From the human T2T-CHM13v2.0 reference genome, Homo sapiens, in the NCBI RefSeq assembly GCF_009914755.1, contig NC_060931.1: a stretch of 64,000 nucleotides of DNA; one strand, 5' to 3'. The position numbers were made by a program, and so were the translations under genes. The notes under the pieces were generated by a model. That model worked only from the letters and a program-made list of their open reading frames with translations, had not been told where the DNA came from and did no database searches. This document shows, piece by piece, positions 23,748-38,878 of the stretch (position 1 is the first letter of the stretch; the number at the start of each line of letters is the position of its first letter).

Positions 23748-26700
23748 GGGAGGAAGTGGAGGAAGATGACCAGAAAAAACCTTCCAGTGATTATCCCTAA
23801 CTTGCCCTGCAGGAAGACCAAATTGAACAACTATCCACAAAGGAAAGCACCATCATATGAGGCAAAAATCAGGTAAGTAATCACAGTACTGGGTTTTAAT
23901 ATTATAGCAAGAAAAGAGGCACTGAAGAAGGGAGGAAAGACAGTCTTGATTTGCTGACACCACCACTCCCCCATCTACCGGCAGAGGCCATGTGGCACAG
24001 AGAGAGAATCTCTGTGCTTGGGGGAGAGAGAGCACAGTGATTGTGGGAGATTGTGTCAGAACTCAGTGCTGACTGTCACAGTGGAAAGCAACACGGGGCA
24101 CCCACAAAGGGAGCATTTAGACCAGCTTTAGCCAGAGGGAAATTGTCCATTCCAGCAGTCAGAACCTGATTTCTAGATAGACCAGCCACCACAGGTTAAG
24201 GCTCTCTGGGCTTACTAAATAAACCTGAAAGACAGTCTAGGCCATGAGGACTGTAATTCCTAGGCAAGTCCTAGTCCTGTGTTGAGCTTGGAGCCTGTGG
24301 ACTTGGGGTGCATGACACCTAGTGAGACACCAGCTGGGATGGCCAAGGGAGTGCTTGCAACACCTTTCCCCCAATGCTAGGCAGCACAGCTTGCAACTCT
24401 GGGAGAGTCCCTTTCCTTCTGCTTGAGGAAAGGAGAGAATAAAAAGGACTTTGTCTTGCAATTTGGAAACCAGCTTAGACACAATAGAATAGGGCACCAG
24501 GCAGATTCCTGAGGCCTCCATTCCAGGACAATTCCCAGGCAACATTTCTAGTCATACCATGGACCATAAGGTAATCTGCTGCCTTGAAGGGAAGGACCTC
24601 TTGTCCTAAGAGAACTCATCACCTGCTGACTAAAGAGTGCTTGGGTCTTGGATAAACACCAGTAGTAGCAAGGCAGTATTTGTCATGGGCCTTGGGTGAG
24701 GCCCAGAGCCATGCAAGCATCACATGTGACCCAGGACATTTCTGGCTGTGGTAACCACAGAGAGAGACTCTTTCCGCAGGAGGAAAGTAGGGGGAAGAGC
24801 AAAGGAGACTTTGTCTTGCAGCTTGGGTACCATCTCAGCCACAGTGTGGAAGAGTACCAAGTTGGCTCTTGGGGTCCCTGATTCCAGGCCTGGTCTCCTA
24901 GACAGCATTTCTGAACCTACCCTGAGCCAGAGGGGAGCCAGAGGGGAGCCCTCTTCAGTGTCCTGAAGAGGGAGACCCAGATCTGAAAACGTTTACCACT
25001 AGCTGATGGACAAGCCCTTGGGCCTTCTGGGAACATTGGTGGTAGTCAGGCAGTATTCACCATGGGCCTGGTGGGTGGAAGTGGGGGGATGGTTACCTAT
25101 GGGAAGAGACTTCTTCTGCTTGAGGAAAGGGGAGGGAAAAGTGGGAAACACTTTGTCTTGTGGCTTGGGTGCCAGCTCAATTGCAGTAGAATAGAGCACA
25201 AAGCACATCCTTAAGCTTCCCAACTCCAGGCACTGGCTCCCAGATGGCATTTTTGGACCCATGTGGACTGAGTGGGGGTTGAAATTACCACCCTGAAGGG
25301 AAGAGGGTAAGCCTGGCTAGATTCTCCCCATTCTGACTAAAGAGCCCTTGGGCTTTAAGTAAACATCAAGGATAAGAAAGAAGTGGTCACCATGTACATT
25401 GGGTGAGACCCAGTGCTGTGCTGGCTTCAGGTCTGATCCAGCACAGTCCTAGTGGTGATAGCCACAGAGGTACTTGTGTCACCTCTGTCCCAGCTCTGGA
25501 CAACCAGCAGGAGTGTTAGATTTCATTTGCTGGGGAAAGTAAGGAAAGAGAATCAGAGTGTCTGCCTGGTAATCGAGGGAATTCTCTCAGATCTTACCTA
25601 AGACCTCCAAGGTAGTACCTCTAAGAGTCTACAAGACTCATGGTGTTACTGGGCTTGGGATGTCCCCTAATGCAAATATACCTTCGGTGAGCACTTAGAT
25701 CACAACACCCAATACCCTTTGAATACTTGGAAAGCATTCCCAAGAAAGATGGAAACAAAGAAGCCCAGACTCTGAAGACTACAATAAATACATAATTCTT
25801 CAATGCCCAGACATTGATTGATATCTACAAGCATCAAGACCATCCAGGTAAACATGATCTCAACAAATGAACTAAATACAGCACAAGTGGTCAACCCCAG
25901 AGTGACAGAGATATGTGACCTTTCAGACAAAGAATTCAAAAAAGCTATTTTGAAGAAGCTCAACAAAATTCAAACTAACACAGAGAAGGGATTCAGAATC
26001 CTATCAGATTATTTCAACAGAGGGATTGAAATAATTAGAAATATTAAAAAGAAATTATGGAGCTGAAAAATTCAATTGAGATGCTGAAAGATGCATCAGA
26101 GTCTCTCAATAGCAGAATTGATCAAGTAGAATTGATCAAGTAGAATAAAGAATTAGTGAGTTTGAAAAAAGGCTATTTGAAAATACACAATCAGAGAAAA
26201 TAAAAGAAAAAAGTATGAAAAAGAATAAGCATGACTATAAGATCTAGAAAATAGCCTCAAAAGAACAAATCTAAAAGTTATTGGCCTTAAAGAGAATGTA
26301 GATAGAGACAGTGGGGCAGCAAGTATATTCAAAGTCGTAACAGAGAGCTTTCCAAATCTAGAGAATAATGCCAATATTCAAGTTAAAGAAGGTTGTAAAA
26401 CACCAAGCAGATTTAGCCCAAATAAGTCTACCTCCAGACAATTAATAATTAAACTCTCAAAGATGAAAGACAAAGAAAGGATTATAAAAGTGGTAAGAGG
26501 AAAGAAAAAACATGCAAAGAAGGTCCAATATGTCTGTCAGCCAATTTTTCACTGGAAACCGTACAGGCTAGGAGTAAGTGGTGTGACATATTTAAAGTGC
26601 TGAAGGAAAAAACTCTTATCCTTGAATAGCATATCCACTGAAAATATCCTCCAAACATTTTTCCCAAGCAAACAAAGCTGAGAAATTTCATCAATACTAG

Positions 26701-29700
26701 ACCTGTCCTACAAGAAATGCTACAGGGAGTTCTTCAATCTAAAAGATGAGAATGTTAATGAGCAATAAGAAATCATCTGAAGGTACAAAATTCTCTGGTA
26801 ATAGTAAGTACACAGACAAACACAGAATATTATAACAATGTACTTGTGGTGTATAAACTACTCATACCTGGAGTAGAAAGACTAAAATATGAATCTATCA
26901 AAAATAATAACTACATAATTTTTAAGACACAGGCAGGATACTGAGATAGAAATAGCAAAAAGTTAAAAAGCGGGAGAGGGATGAAGTTAAAGTGCAGATT
27001 TTTAAAAATTCGTTTTTCCTTGCCTGTTTGTTTTTGCAATCAGTGTTAAGCTGCCATTGGTATAAAATAATGGGTTGTTATTTGCAAGCCTCATGGTAAC
27101 CTCAAATAAAAAAACCTACAATAGAAACACAAAAAATAAAAAGATATTAAAACATACACCAGAGAAAATTACCTTCAAAAAAGAAGACAGGAAGGAAAGA
27201 CGGGAGGAACAGAAGGCCACACAACATTCATAAAACAAATAACAATATGGCAAGAGTTAGTCTTTACTTATCAATAACTTTGAATGTAACTAAACTAAAC
27301 TCTCCAATAAAAAGCCATAGTGTAACTGAATGGATAAAAAAAACAACAACACACAATCTGTTGGCTACAGGAAACACACTTCACTTATGAAGACACACAT
27401 AGATAGAAAATAAAGGGATGGAAAAGATATCCCATGCAAATGGAAGCCAAAAAAAGAAGAAATAGTTATACCAGATAAAATAGATTTCAAGATAATAGCT
27501 ATAAAAAGAGAAAAAGAAGGTCATGATATAATGATAAAGGGGTCAATTCAACAAGTGGATGAAATGTAGATATATATGCACCCATCACTGAAAAACCTAG
27601 ATATATAAGGCAAATATTATTGGAGGTAAAGAGAGAGATAGACCCTAATACAATAATAACTGGAGACTTCACCACTGTTCTTTCAGCATTGAACAGATCT
27701 CCCAGACAGAAAATCAACAAAGAAACATTGGATTTAATCTACACTCTAGACCAAATGGGCTTAATAGATATTTGCAGAACATTTTAGCCAATGGTTGCAG
27801 AATACATGTTCTTCTTCTCAGCATATGCATTATTATTAAGGATAGATCATATATTAAGTCACAAAACAAATCTGAAAAACTTTAAAAAAAATCAAATTAT
27901 ATCAAATATTTTCTCCAACCACAGTGGAAAAAAACTAGGATTCAATAACAAGAGGAACTTTGGAAACTATACAAACACACGGAAATTAAACAATGTACAC
28001 CTGAGTAGCCAGTGGGTTAATAAAAAAATTAAGAAGGAAATTTAAAAATTTATTGAAACAAAAGGAAATGGAAACATAATATACAAAATCTGTGGAACAG
28101 AGTAAAAGCAATAGTAAAAGTGTATAGCTACAAAAGCCTACATCAAAACATTAAAAAACTTAAACAATCTAACAATGCATCTTAAAGAATTAGAAAAGCA
28201 AGAGGAAAGCAAACCCACAATTAGAAGAAAATAAATAATGAAAATTGCAACAGAAATAAATGACAAAAAATAAAAAACCCAAAAGATCAACAAAATGGAA
28301 AAGTCGTTTTTTTGAAAACACAAACAAAATCAACAAATTTCTAACCAGCTACTAAGATTACAACATGAAGAAATCTAAAACCTGAAGAGATCTATAGAAA
28401 GTAATGAGAAGAAAGCTGCACTATAAAGTCTCCTAGCAAAGAAAAGTCTAGAATCCAATGGCTTTACTTTAGAATTTTACCAAACACTTAAAGAAAAACT
28501 ACCAACCATACTCAAGTTAATCTAAAAAATAGAAAAGGGGAGACTATTTCCAAACTCATTCTACAATGCCAGTATTACTCTGATATCAAAACCAAAGGCA
28601 CAACAAAAAAAGAAAACTACTAGCCAATATATCTGATAAACACTGATGGAAAAAAACTCAACAAAATGTTAGAAAATTGAGTTCAACAACACACATTAAA
28701 AATATTATTCATCAAGACCAAGTGGGATTTTTCCCAGGGATGCAAGAATGGTTCAACAAACACAAATCAATCAACATGATACATCGTATCAACAGAACGA
28801 AGCCTAAAACTATGTGACCATTAAAATAGATGCTGAAAAAGCATCTAATAAAATTCAACACCCCTTCATGATAAAAACCCTCAAAAAACTGTGCATACAA
28901 GAAACTTACCTTAACACAATAAAAGCCATATATGACAGACTCACAGCTAATGTCATACTGAATGGGAAAAAAATGAAAGACTTTCCTCTACAATCTAGAA
29001 CAAGACAAGGATGCCCACTTTCACCCTGTTGTTTAACACAATACTGAAAGTACTATTGCTAGCTGGAGCAATCAGACAAGAGAAAAAAATAAAGGATATT
29101 CAAATTGGAAAAGAAGAAGTCAAATTATCCTGGTTTGCAGATGGTATAATCTTATATTTGAAAGAAACATAGAGAATCCACAAAAATTGATAGAATTGAT
29201 AAACAAATTCAGTAAAATTTCAGGAAAAAATATCAACATACAAAAATCAGTAGCATTTCTGCATACCAACAGTGAACACTCTGAAAAAGAGATCAAGAAA
29301 GTAATCCTATTTACAATAGCTACAAATAAAATAAAATACTTACAAATCAAACAAAAAGTGAAAGATCTCTAGGATGAAAACTATAAAATATTTATGTAAT
29401 AAATTGAAGATAACACAAAAAAAGTTGAAAGATACTCTTTGTTCATGGACTGAAAAAAATTAGTATTGTTAAAATTTTCATACTACCCAAAGCAAGCTAC
29501 AGGTTCAATACAATCTCTATCAAAATACTAAGGACATTCATCACAGAAATAAAAAATAAATGATCCTAGAATTTACATGGAACCACAAAAGACCCAGAAA
29601 TAACAAAGCCATCCTGTGCAAAATGAACAAAACTGAAGGAATCACATTCCTGACTTTGAATTACACTATAGAACTATAGTAACCAAAATCACATGGTATT

Positions 29701-29858
29701 GGCATAGATCAATGAAATAGAATTGGAGATCCCAGAAATAAATCCATACAGAAAAGTGAAACTACACCTCTATCTTTCACCATGTACAAAAATCAAATAA
29801 AAATGGATTAAAGACTTAAGTCTAAGACATGAAACTATGAAACTACTAAAAGAAAATA
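23748..29858 (+). mobile_element. L1M1/L1MA1-4-type LINE: 5'UTR, decayed ORF1, long inter-ORF spacer and decayed ORF2; no 3' end
   Basis: Repeat-containing 5'UTR; ORF1-like VTEICDLSDKEFKKAILKKL; ORF2 start near 27247; RT-like [19 protein letters not shown] and TRQGCPLSP. Confidence 0.9.
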
Positions 29859-29944
29859 AGTTTTGCTTTTCTGCCACAGAGTCTCAGCCAGCATCATTAT
29901 CTGGAGGCTTATGACATGCGTAATTCATAGACATGAATTCCAAC

Positions 29945-32194
29945 TGATATGGTTTGTCTGTGTCCTCGCCCAAATCTCATCTTGAATTATAGTTCCCATA
30001 ATCCCCATGCGTCATGGGAGGGACCTGGTGTGAGGTAATGGAATCATGGGTCCAGTTACACCATGCTGATCTCATGATAGTGAATAAGTTCTCATGACAT
30101 CTAATGGTTGTATAAGGGGCTTTTCCCACTTTGCTCGGTACATCTCTCTCCTGCTGCCATGTGAAGAAGGACATGTTTGCTTTCCCTTCTTTGATGATTT
30201 TAAGTTTCCTGAGCTCTCCCCAACCATCCAGAACTGTGAGTCAATTAAACCTCTTTCTTTTATAAATTACCCAGACTCAGATGTGTCTTTATTAGCAGCA
30301 TGAGAATGAACAAATAGAATAAATTGGTACTGAGGAAGTGGGGCACAGCTATAAGGATACCTGAAAATGTGGAAGTGACTTTGGAACTAAGTAACCAGCA
30401 GAGGCTGGAACAGTTTGGAGGGCTCAGAAGAAGATAGGAAAATGTGGGAAAGTTGGGAACTTCCTAGAGACTTGGTGAATGGCTATAACCAAAATGCTAA
30501 CAGTGACATGGACAATGAAGTCCAGGCTGACATGGTCTCAGAGGGACACGAAGAACTTGTTGAAAACTGGAGTAAAGGTGACTCTTGCTATGCTTTAGCA
30601 AAGAGACTGTTGGCATTTTGTCCTGCCCTAGAAATCTGTGGAACTTTGAACTTGAGAGAGATAATTTAGAATGTCTGGCAGAAGAAATTTATAAGCAGCA
30701 AAGCATTTAAGAGGAAGCAGAGCATAAAAGTTTGGAAGATTTGCAGCTTGATGATGTGATAGAAAAGAAAAACCCATTTTCTGGGGAGAAATTCAAGCCA
30801 GCTGCATAAATTTGCATAAGTAATGAGGATCCCAATGTTAATTGCCAAGACAACGGGGAAAATGCTTCTAGGCATGTCAGAGACCTTCATGACAGCCCCT
30901 CCCACCACAGACTCGGAGACCTAGGAGGGAAAAATTGTTTCTTGGGCTGTGTCCAGAGTCCCCCTGATCTGTGCAGCCTCAGGACATGGTGCCCTGTGTC
31001 CCAACTGCTCCAGCCATGGCTAAAATGGGCCAAGGTACAGCTCAGGCCATTGCCTCAGAGGGTGCAAGCCCCAAGCCTTGGCATCTTCCATGTGGTGTTA
31101 GGCCTGTTGGTACACAGAAGACAAGAATTGAGGTTAGGGAACCTCCACCTAGATTTCAGAGGATGTATGGGAATGCCTGAATGTCCAGGCAAAAGTCTGT
31201 TGCAGGGGCAGAGCCCTCAGGGTAAACCTCTGCTAGGGCAGTGTGGAAGGGAAATGTGGGGTTGGAGCCCTCAGAGTCCCCACTGGGGCACTGCTTACTG
31301 GAGTTGTGAGAAAGGGCTACCATTCTCCAGACCCCAGAATTATAGACCGACTGACAGCTTGCACTGTGAGTTTGGAAAAGCCATGGACACTCAACACCAA
31401 ACATAAAAGCAGCCAGGATGGGGACTGCACCTTGCAAAGCCACAGGTGTGGAGCTTCCCAAGGCTGTGGGAGCCCACTACTTGCATCAGTGTGACCTGGA
31501 TGCGAGACATGGAGACAAAGGAGATTTTGGAACCGTAAGTTTTAATGACTGCCTTATTGGATTTTGGACTTGTATGGGACCTGTAGCCCATCAGTTTGGG
31601 CCAATTTCTCCCATTTGGAATGAGTGTATTTACCCAATGCCTGTATCCCCATTGTATCTAGGAAGTAACTAACTTGCTTTCAATTTTACAGGTGCATAGG
31701 TGGAACGGACTTGCCTTGTCACAGATGAGACTTTGGACTGGGACTTTTGGGTTAATGCTAGAATGAGCTAAGACTTTGGGGAACTGTTGGAAAGACATGA
31801 TTGTGTTTTGAAATGTGAGGACATGAAATTTGGGAGGGGCCAGGGGCAGAATGATACTGTTTGGCTGTGTCCCCACCAAAATTTTGTCTTGAATTCTAGT
31901 TGCCATAATCTCCACATGTTGTGGGAGGGACCTGATGGGAGGTAATTGAATCACGGGGGTGGGGAGTTATCCCCATGCTATTTTGAGTGAGTTCTCACAA
32001 GATCTGATGGCTTTATAAGGGGCTTTCCCCCCTTTTCCCAGCACTACTCTCTCCTGCATCCATGTGAAGAAGGAAGTGTTTGCTTCTCCTTCCACCACGA
32101 TTGTACATTTCCTGAGTCCTCCCCAGCCATGTGGAACTGTGAGTCAATTGAACCTCTTTATAAATTAATCAGTCTCAGTTATTTCTTCATAGCA
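29945..32194 (+). mobile_element. THE1C-like MaLR element: 5' LTR 29945-30318, internal 30319-31851, 3' LTR 31852-32194 (clipped)
   Basis: Both LTRs begin tgata(tg/ct)gtttg(t/g)ctgtgtcc; THE1-int sequence between them; polypurine tract gggaggggccaggggcagaa directly before the 3' LTR. Confidence 0.93.
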
Positions 32195-34476
32195 TCACAA
32201 GCATAGTGTCTGAAAGGACAACCAGTTTGCAGCACAAGAGGTACAAAAATGAGCCTAAAACTGAATACTTATTTCAAATATTCAAAACGACTATTTCCAG
32301 TAGAAATTTCTCTCTTTATCTTTCAGATATGTCCTGAGAGTTTCTGAAGTTATTTAACTGGTTCAATGAGAATTTAATCAAGGTCTGCTTTATATCAAAA
32401 TTTATGATTTTTATTCAATGCCATACATAGAATTTGTTCACAGTTATCATCAAACACACTCATGTAAGTAAATTCTATTAGAAAAACATGTTCTTCGGTG
32501 GTCAGAATATTCTGGGACTTTAGGTTAAAATGTATAAATGTCAAAGTTGCAACTCAGGTTGCTATTTTTTATTTTTAACAGGCATATGCATAGTCCTACT
32601 TCTTTTCATTGAGTCATTTTTGTTGGTTTAACTTTTAAATAGTATATACATTTTTCCTCTGGAACAGTTCTTGGCTAGTTTGACAGCCTTGGCAGTGTTT
32701 TCTGGGTGAGAAGTAGTTTATAGCACTGCCTTTTAATAGTGAGAACCAAATGAACAGCATATCTAGGCAGTGAATAATCTTAGCACATAGCACTCAAATG
32801 ACACGCAGTCTGAGGAAAATGTGTAGGAGAAACTAAGTCTTACAGGGCTCCACAGCTCAGAGATAAAAACATAGAACATTTGAGATTGTACAAAACTTTC
32901 TAGTGTATGGTGATTATTGAGTGTTTGTGAATGGTTATGTAGCAGATGTGTAAATAAATGTATCTTGTTGAGTAGAAGATGTCACAGAAGAGAATTCATG
33001 AAAATGAAAGCCACAGGCATTGCAAAAAATGAAATGATTTAACTCTTATATTTGTCTATGGATAGTATTATCATAATTATACACAATTAGATCTGATGTT
33101 CTGAAATACTCTTCAAGAACAATTTAAAACATCACACTAGATGTCCAGAGGTTATCAACTAGAAGCCTGTTGACAGGTTATTAGAAACACATTGTTTGAC
33201 AATTTCTATTTGATTGGCTATAGTCAGGATACATATTCTCCCACCTGCTATAGTTCTCACCAATTGCTATTGTATTAAATAAAACATGTTTTATTCATTT
33301 ATTAATATCTTCTGCCTGGTCTGTGAATACAGCTGAGTATGTTTGGTTCAGTAACCTTGGCATTTCAATGTAATGCCATTTTATTTGATTTTTTAATTCG
33401 TTTTTCCTCTATAGAAACAAATGTATGTAATTAGACTGACACATAATATGAGCAGAGCTCCTTTGTCTCTTAATTAGTAGTCTTTTCAGTTAATATATCT
33501 TTGAACAAGGTAAGCCAATTGCATTAACTGTTTAGTATTCTCCCAGCCTGGCTATGAAAACTTTGGTATATATGATATACTTTTGAAATGCATGCATATT
33601 CAAAAATTTATTTTAAAAGTTTATAGAAAATAATGTTAAGCAGAACATAAAACAGGTTTTAAGATTATAGATAAAATTATTTTCTTTTCATAATATATGA
33701 TGTCAAAATTATTAGTAGGAACTATTTTAAAATGTCAGCAATGGTTATATGATGATTATCTCTATATTTCTCTACTTTCTTGATTATCTTTGGAGACCAG
33801 GTTGAGTAAAAAAGAAAGATCATTTTGCATAAACAAATAGAAAAATATTTATTCCATAAAAATGTAGAATGAAGGCGGTATTAAGAGAATTTTTTAAATT
33901 GTAAAGATAGCTCAAAAGGCTATGAAAGCTAGGCTTCTGGCTAAATAAGGTAGAGATAAGCCATAATTTCTATGTTTTTATCTATGTATATTCTACTTGC
34001 AAATAGTAAAGAATTGGCTATGCCTCTTCTGGAGAGTAGATCAACTATTGAGCTGTGAGGGCTTCTCACCTGCATAGTACACGGACTTGGGGAAAATTCA
34101 CTCTTCAGTGGCACTGTTACTTACAGCTGTGCTCTCTGTCTCATCAGGGACTAGAATGTAAACAAATAGCTTTTCCATGATGTCATTCTAAAATTATTGA
34201 CATAGAAAATACTCTGCAATATTTTAATACACTTTGTAAGGGGCATATCATAAATTAGAAGGGTCAAAAATTAATCATAGAGTCAAAGAGAAATTAGAGT
34301 ATTATGATATTTCAGAAATGATACAATTGTCAACATTTCCATTGAGTATGTTAGGATACGTTAAAAAGCAAGTAGGACCCTTATTTTTTCAGTCCTTGAA
34401 ATTTTTGTATTTTTTCCTATTCTAAAATACAAATAAAATCATTATCTGATGACTGAAATTAATTACATCTTTTACT

Positions 34477-34799
<323 letters not shown>

Positions 34800-36954
34800 A
34801 CATCTTTTACTCTTTAATGTATGAATGCAAATGAAACATGTAAATATATTTTGATGACACAATATGGAAGAGAAATTATATACTTCATTAAAAAAGTACT
34901 AATATAAAAAAAATTCCTAATGAAATGATTTTGCTTTCTCAGTCATTAGTGAAAATAATTAGTGAGCAGAGAAATATAACACCCTCTTCTTTGGGTTGAT
35001 TTTCATACCCCCATGAAAAGATTGAAGTCTCTCCAGTGTGATCAGCCTCACAGTTTGAGAAACACTGTCCCAGTTAGACAGAAAATCAGATAATTGCAAG
35101 AACAATTTGCAATCCCCAGGTGATTTCGAAAACAGAAGTAGACTGGAAGATATATTATTATGTAAAGTGACATAATATAATTACTGCATGAGAGGGCTTT
35201 GTTTTGTGAAGCTGCAGTCTTTAAAAATATAAGGGTGAAGTGAATCACTCTCAGCTTGCTTTCTATCTCTGAACCTGTATCTGTGTTTAGCCTCTGTGAT
35301 CAGACTGAAGTCGAGAAATAATGTTCCTTTTATAATTTATGTCGAAATCACAGTAATGGAACTACACATGTGGCCGTTAATCTTTCTGAGATCTGTATTC
35401 CACACTAGTAGGAGCACTTTGCATATTGCTGATAATTTTGGTGAAAACATATTAAGTCATAAATGTAAAGTGATCACAAGGAATTTTTTTCTTAAATACT
35501 TATTGGCTATTGGACAACAAATCTATCAATTACGTTGAGTATTTTCACTTGACATTTCACTTCTAGTTAGGAATTAAGCTATTTTAAGACTGAGGTCTTC
35601 TAATTCAGCCTGTCCAATCGTGGGTTTATTCCTGTCATCTTTCCTGGCATGTAGCTTTGACTTTGGTATTTATGCATGGATTAAGTTTGTATTTTCTAAG
35701 GAATTGAGCAGTAATTTCCCAGGGAATCAGAGGGAGACTCCACTGGTGTTTTACATCTGATATTTCCTATTTCAGTTAATTAATATTTTCTAATTTTGAT
35801 TTGAAGCTACATCACTGAAGATTATTTGTAATGGTTCAAAGTGACACATATGATTTACAGGCACAGTCTTTAGGGTTTGACATGGTGAAATTTTATTCTT
35901 ATTTAATTTCTATAAACTCTTACCTTCTCTAATAGTCATAGTGTATTAACAAAAGCAAGTTCATTATTTAAGGCTTTAATAATTTAACTGGAAAATCAAA
36001 TGCATTGTTTTAGAGGCAACTTACAAAATACTTAGGGTAAAATATTATTTTTAATGGAATAAATGATGGCTCCTCAGTTCCATGTCTGTCTTTAGTGTAA
36101 CTATTTATTAGCAAATTTAACAAACATGCTTTTCAAAGAAACATAGACCCTCATCTTCAGATTGAACAAACTGACAAAATTTGGTGGTAGGTAGAATGAG
36201 ATAGCATTGTAGAATTGTAGAATTAACTAACTCGAATAACGTATTATTATAAATAAAGTATTAAGAGATAGATTGAGTTACATAAGAAAAAATTACTCGC
36301 ATTATTTTATTTTTTAATTTTCTGTTATTCATGTACAGAATTTAAAGAGTTAAAATGCCCCCAAAGTCTTAGAACCTCAAGACTGCATTCACCCTTTTCC
36401 ATTTCTCTTCACCCCAGAATCTGCAGAACCTGACATTTTCAACTCTTTGCATCTTCTCGTATTTACTTCTGTATCATACATAAAATACTTGCTACTTCTT
36501 GATTTTTAAAAATGCAGACAAAATACAATTTTAGTTTGAAGACAAGGATTTCTCTCTTGTATCCCTTGCTCCTCACACTCTCCTCCCTCTCTTTCCCAGT
36601 ATAGTTATATTACAATTATTTGTCAAACCAATGTTTATATTACAGTGACTTTGTAGATATCACATCAATCTTGTAATATGCTCTGATTGCATTTTCTTTC
36701 CTGTATAATTTTTTGGCTTTTCTTGATGGTGTTAATGGCCCCTTGTTTTGCCCTTTGCCTGGTTTTCTATATACTTATTAATAGTCTTTTAGAGGCTTTG
36801 GAGACTTTCCGCAAATATTCAGTCATGCTAGCTATTCATTCATACTTGAGAGTGGGGCATTAAAATGAAAATGGAAAACTTTGTATAGAACTCAGCTTAA
36901 CAACTGCTCAGCTTCACCGTGAGGTGATCAGATGCATACCCATTTATTTGTTTG

Positions 36955-37378
36955 AGAGTTGGTATTGGATAAAGCAAGGCCAGCTTTCATAAACAAATAG
37001 ATCCTAAATGTGTAAAAGCTTAAATGCAACAGAAATGTTTTACTATTCACTTCTGTGGTTAATGGATTAATGTTCTCTCTTTAGAGATTCAAAAACAGAC
37101 TTTCTTCATCTTGCAATCCTACTGGCCACAGGGTGTTGTAATACCTGTATGGCAAAAAGGGAAAGAGCACTTAGAAGAGGGCGTACTACTTTTTCCATCC
37201 TGGGCCTGGAACTGACACACATCTGTTCAAACTACAATGGCCAGAATAGTTCAAGGTTATACATTTAGTACAAATTGAGATAGGAAATGCAGTCTCAGCC
37301 TAGGCAACTGGTTTCCAATGACAACTCTATGTGGTGGAAGAGTATTAATTTTGTTGGCAGCTAGCTATCTATGGCACA
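36955..37378 (-). mobile_element. MLT1J-like MaLR solo LTR
   Basis: gggcctggaactgacacacatc...ggaaatgcagtc...ttgttggcagctagctatctatggcaca. Confidence 0.65.
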
Positions 37379-37429
37379 GACATTTTCTCAAAGTGTCAGC
37401 ACCTGTAGGTCCTTGCTCAGGGCAAGCCT

Positions 37430-37627
37430 TGCTCAGTGCTGGCTGACGTTGCACATTTAGTAAATGAATAGTCAGTGCTTCTTAAACAATGCACATACAA
37501 ATATATGGTAAAATACAGATTCTGATTCCAGATACCTAGTGTAGAATTTGAGTTTCTGAATTTCTAACAAGGTCTCAGGAATCATTAATTCTGCTAGTCC
37601 ATGGAACATAATTTGAGTAGCAAAGAC
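37430..37627. mobile_element. MER5-type hAT-Charlie DNA transposon relic
   Basis: aaatacagattctg...tttctaacaaggtctcagg...tgctagtccatggaacataatttgagtagcaaag. Confidence 0.6.
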
Positions 37628-37631
37628 CTAG

Positions 37632-38184
<553 letters not shown>

Positions 38185-38305
38185 TGCAGCTTTTCAAATA
38201 GACTTCCCAACATCAGCTCCCCTGCTCGCCTGCCTTCAGAGAAGGCTTCTACTTCTTGAGGTTTGTAGAATTCTGCAGTGCGCATCAACTTGTTTCTTTT
38301 AGACA

Positions 38306-38878
38306 TGTAAGGGGAAGAAAGTAATATATTTTCCTCACCCATCACAAGGTTTAAGTCTGACACCCCTATAACAAAAGAAAGATTAACAAGAGAAAAGCAT
38401 ATCACTTTACTTAATATACGTTTTTATGAGACAAAGAGGCTTCAAAAATGAAGACTCAAAGACTCAGGGGAAATTGTGTTTTGTTACAGACAATCATGCA
38501 GGAGTGTGATTGGAGACAAATAATGATAAATAAAAATAATGATAAATTTAACATAAATTTAAATAAAACAATAATAAATAATAAAAACAAATAAACAGAA
38601 ATAATAAATTGAGAGAACTTTGTAAGGCCTGTTTTTTCAGATTCTTCTTGGCTTCTGGGTATAGAGCAGATTACCTCTGGAATGAGGATCTTAGGACCTA
38701 TTTTCAAGGCGAGTAGTTAAGAGAGACTTGTATGACGATGTGTCAGAGGAAAAAACGTGGGAGAAGGTCAGAGAGGGACCTTTCTGCTCCTGTGTTTTTC
38801 TCAATTTGTTTTCAGTTTTCAATACTCAGTATGTCAATATGCCATATTTTGGGGGCATCATGTTCTGAGTCCTGAGCT
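38306..38878 (-). mobile_element. MER34/MER39-family ERV1 solo LTR
   Basis: cacccctataacaaaagaaagattaacaagagaaaagcat and tgccatattttgggggcatcatgttctgagtcc. Confidence 0.7.

Noticed and set aside
26114-26141. 14-bp tandem duplication agaattgatcaagt in L1 ORF1
   Set aside because: Ordinary slippage duplication in a dead element
30415-31954. Cluster of overlapping ORFs up to 154 aa
   Set aside because: All lie in THE1 internal or LTR sequence; they are decayed MaLR frames, not a host gene
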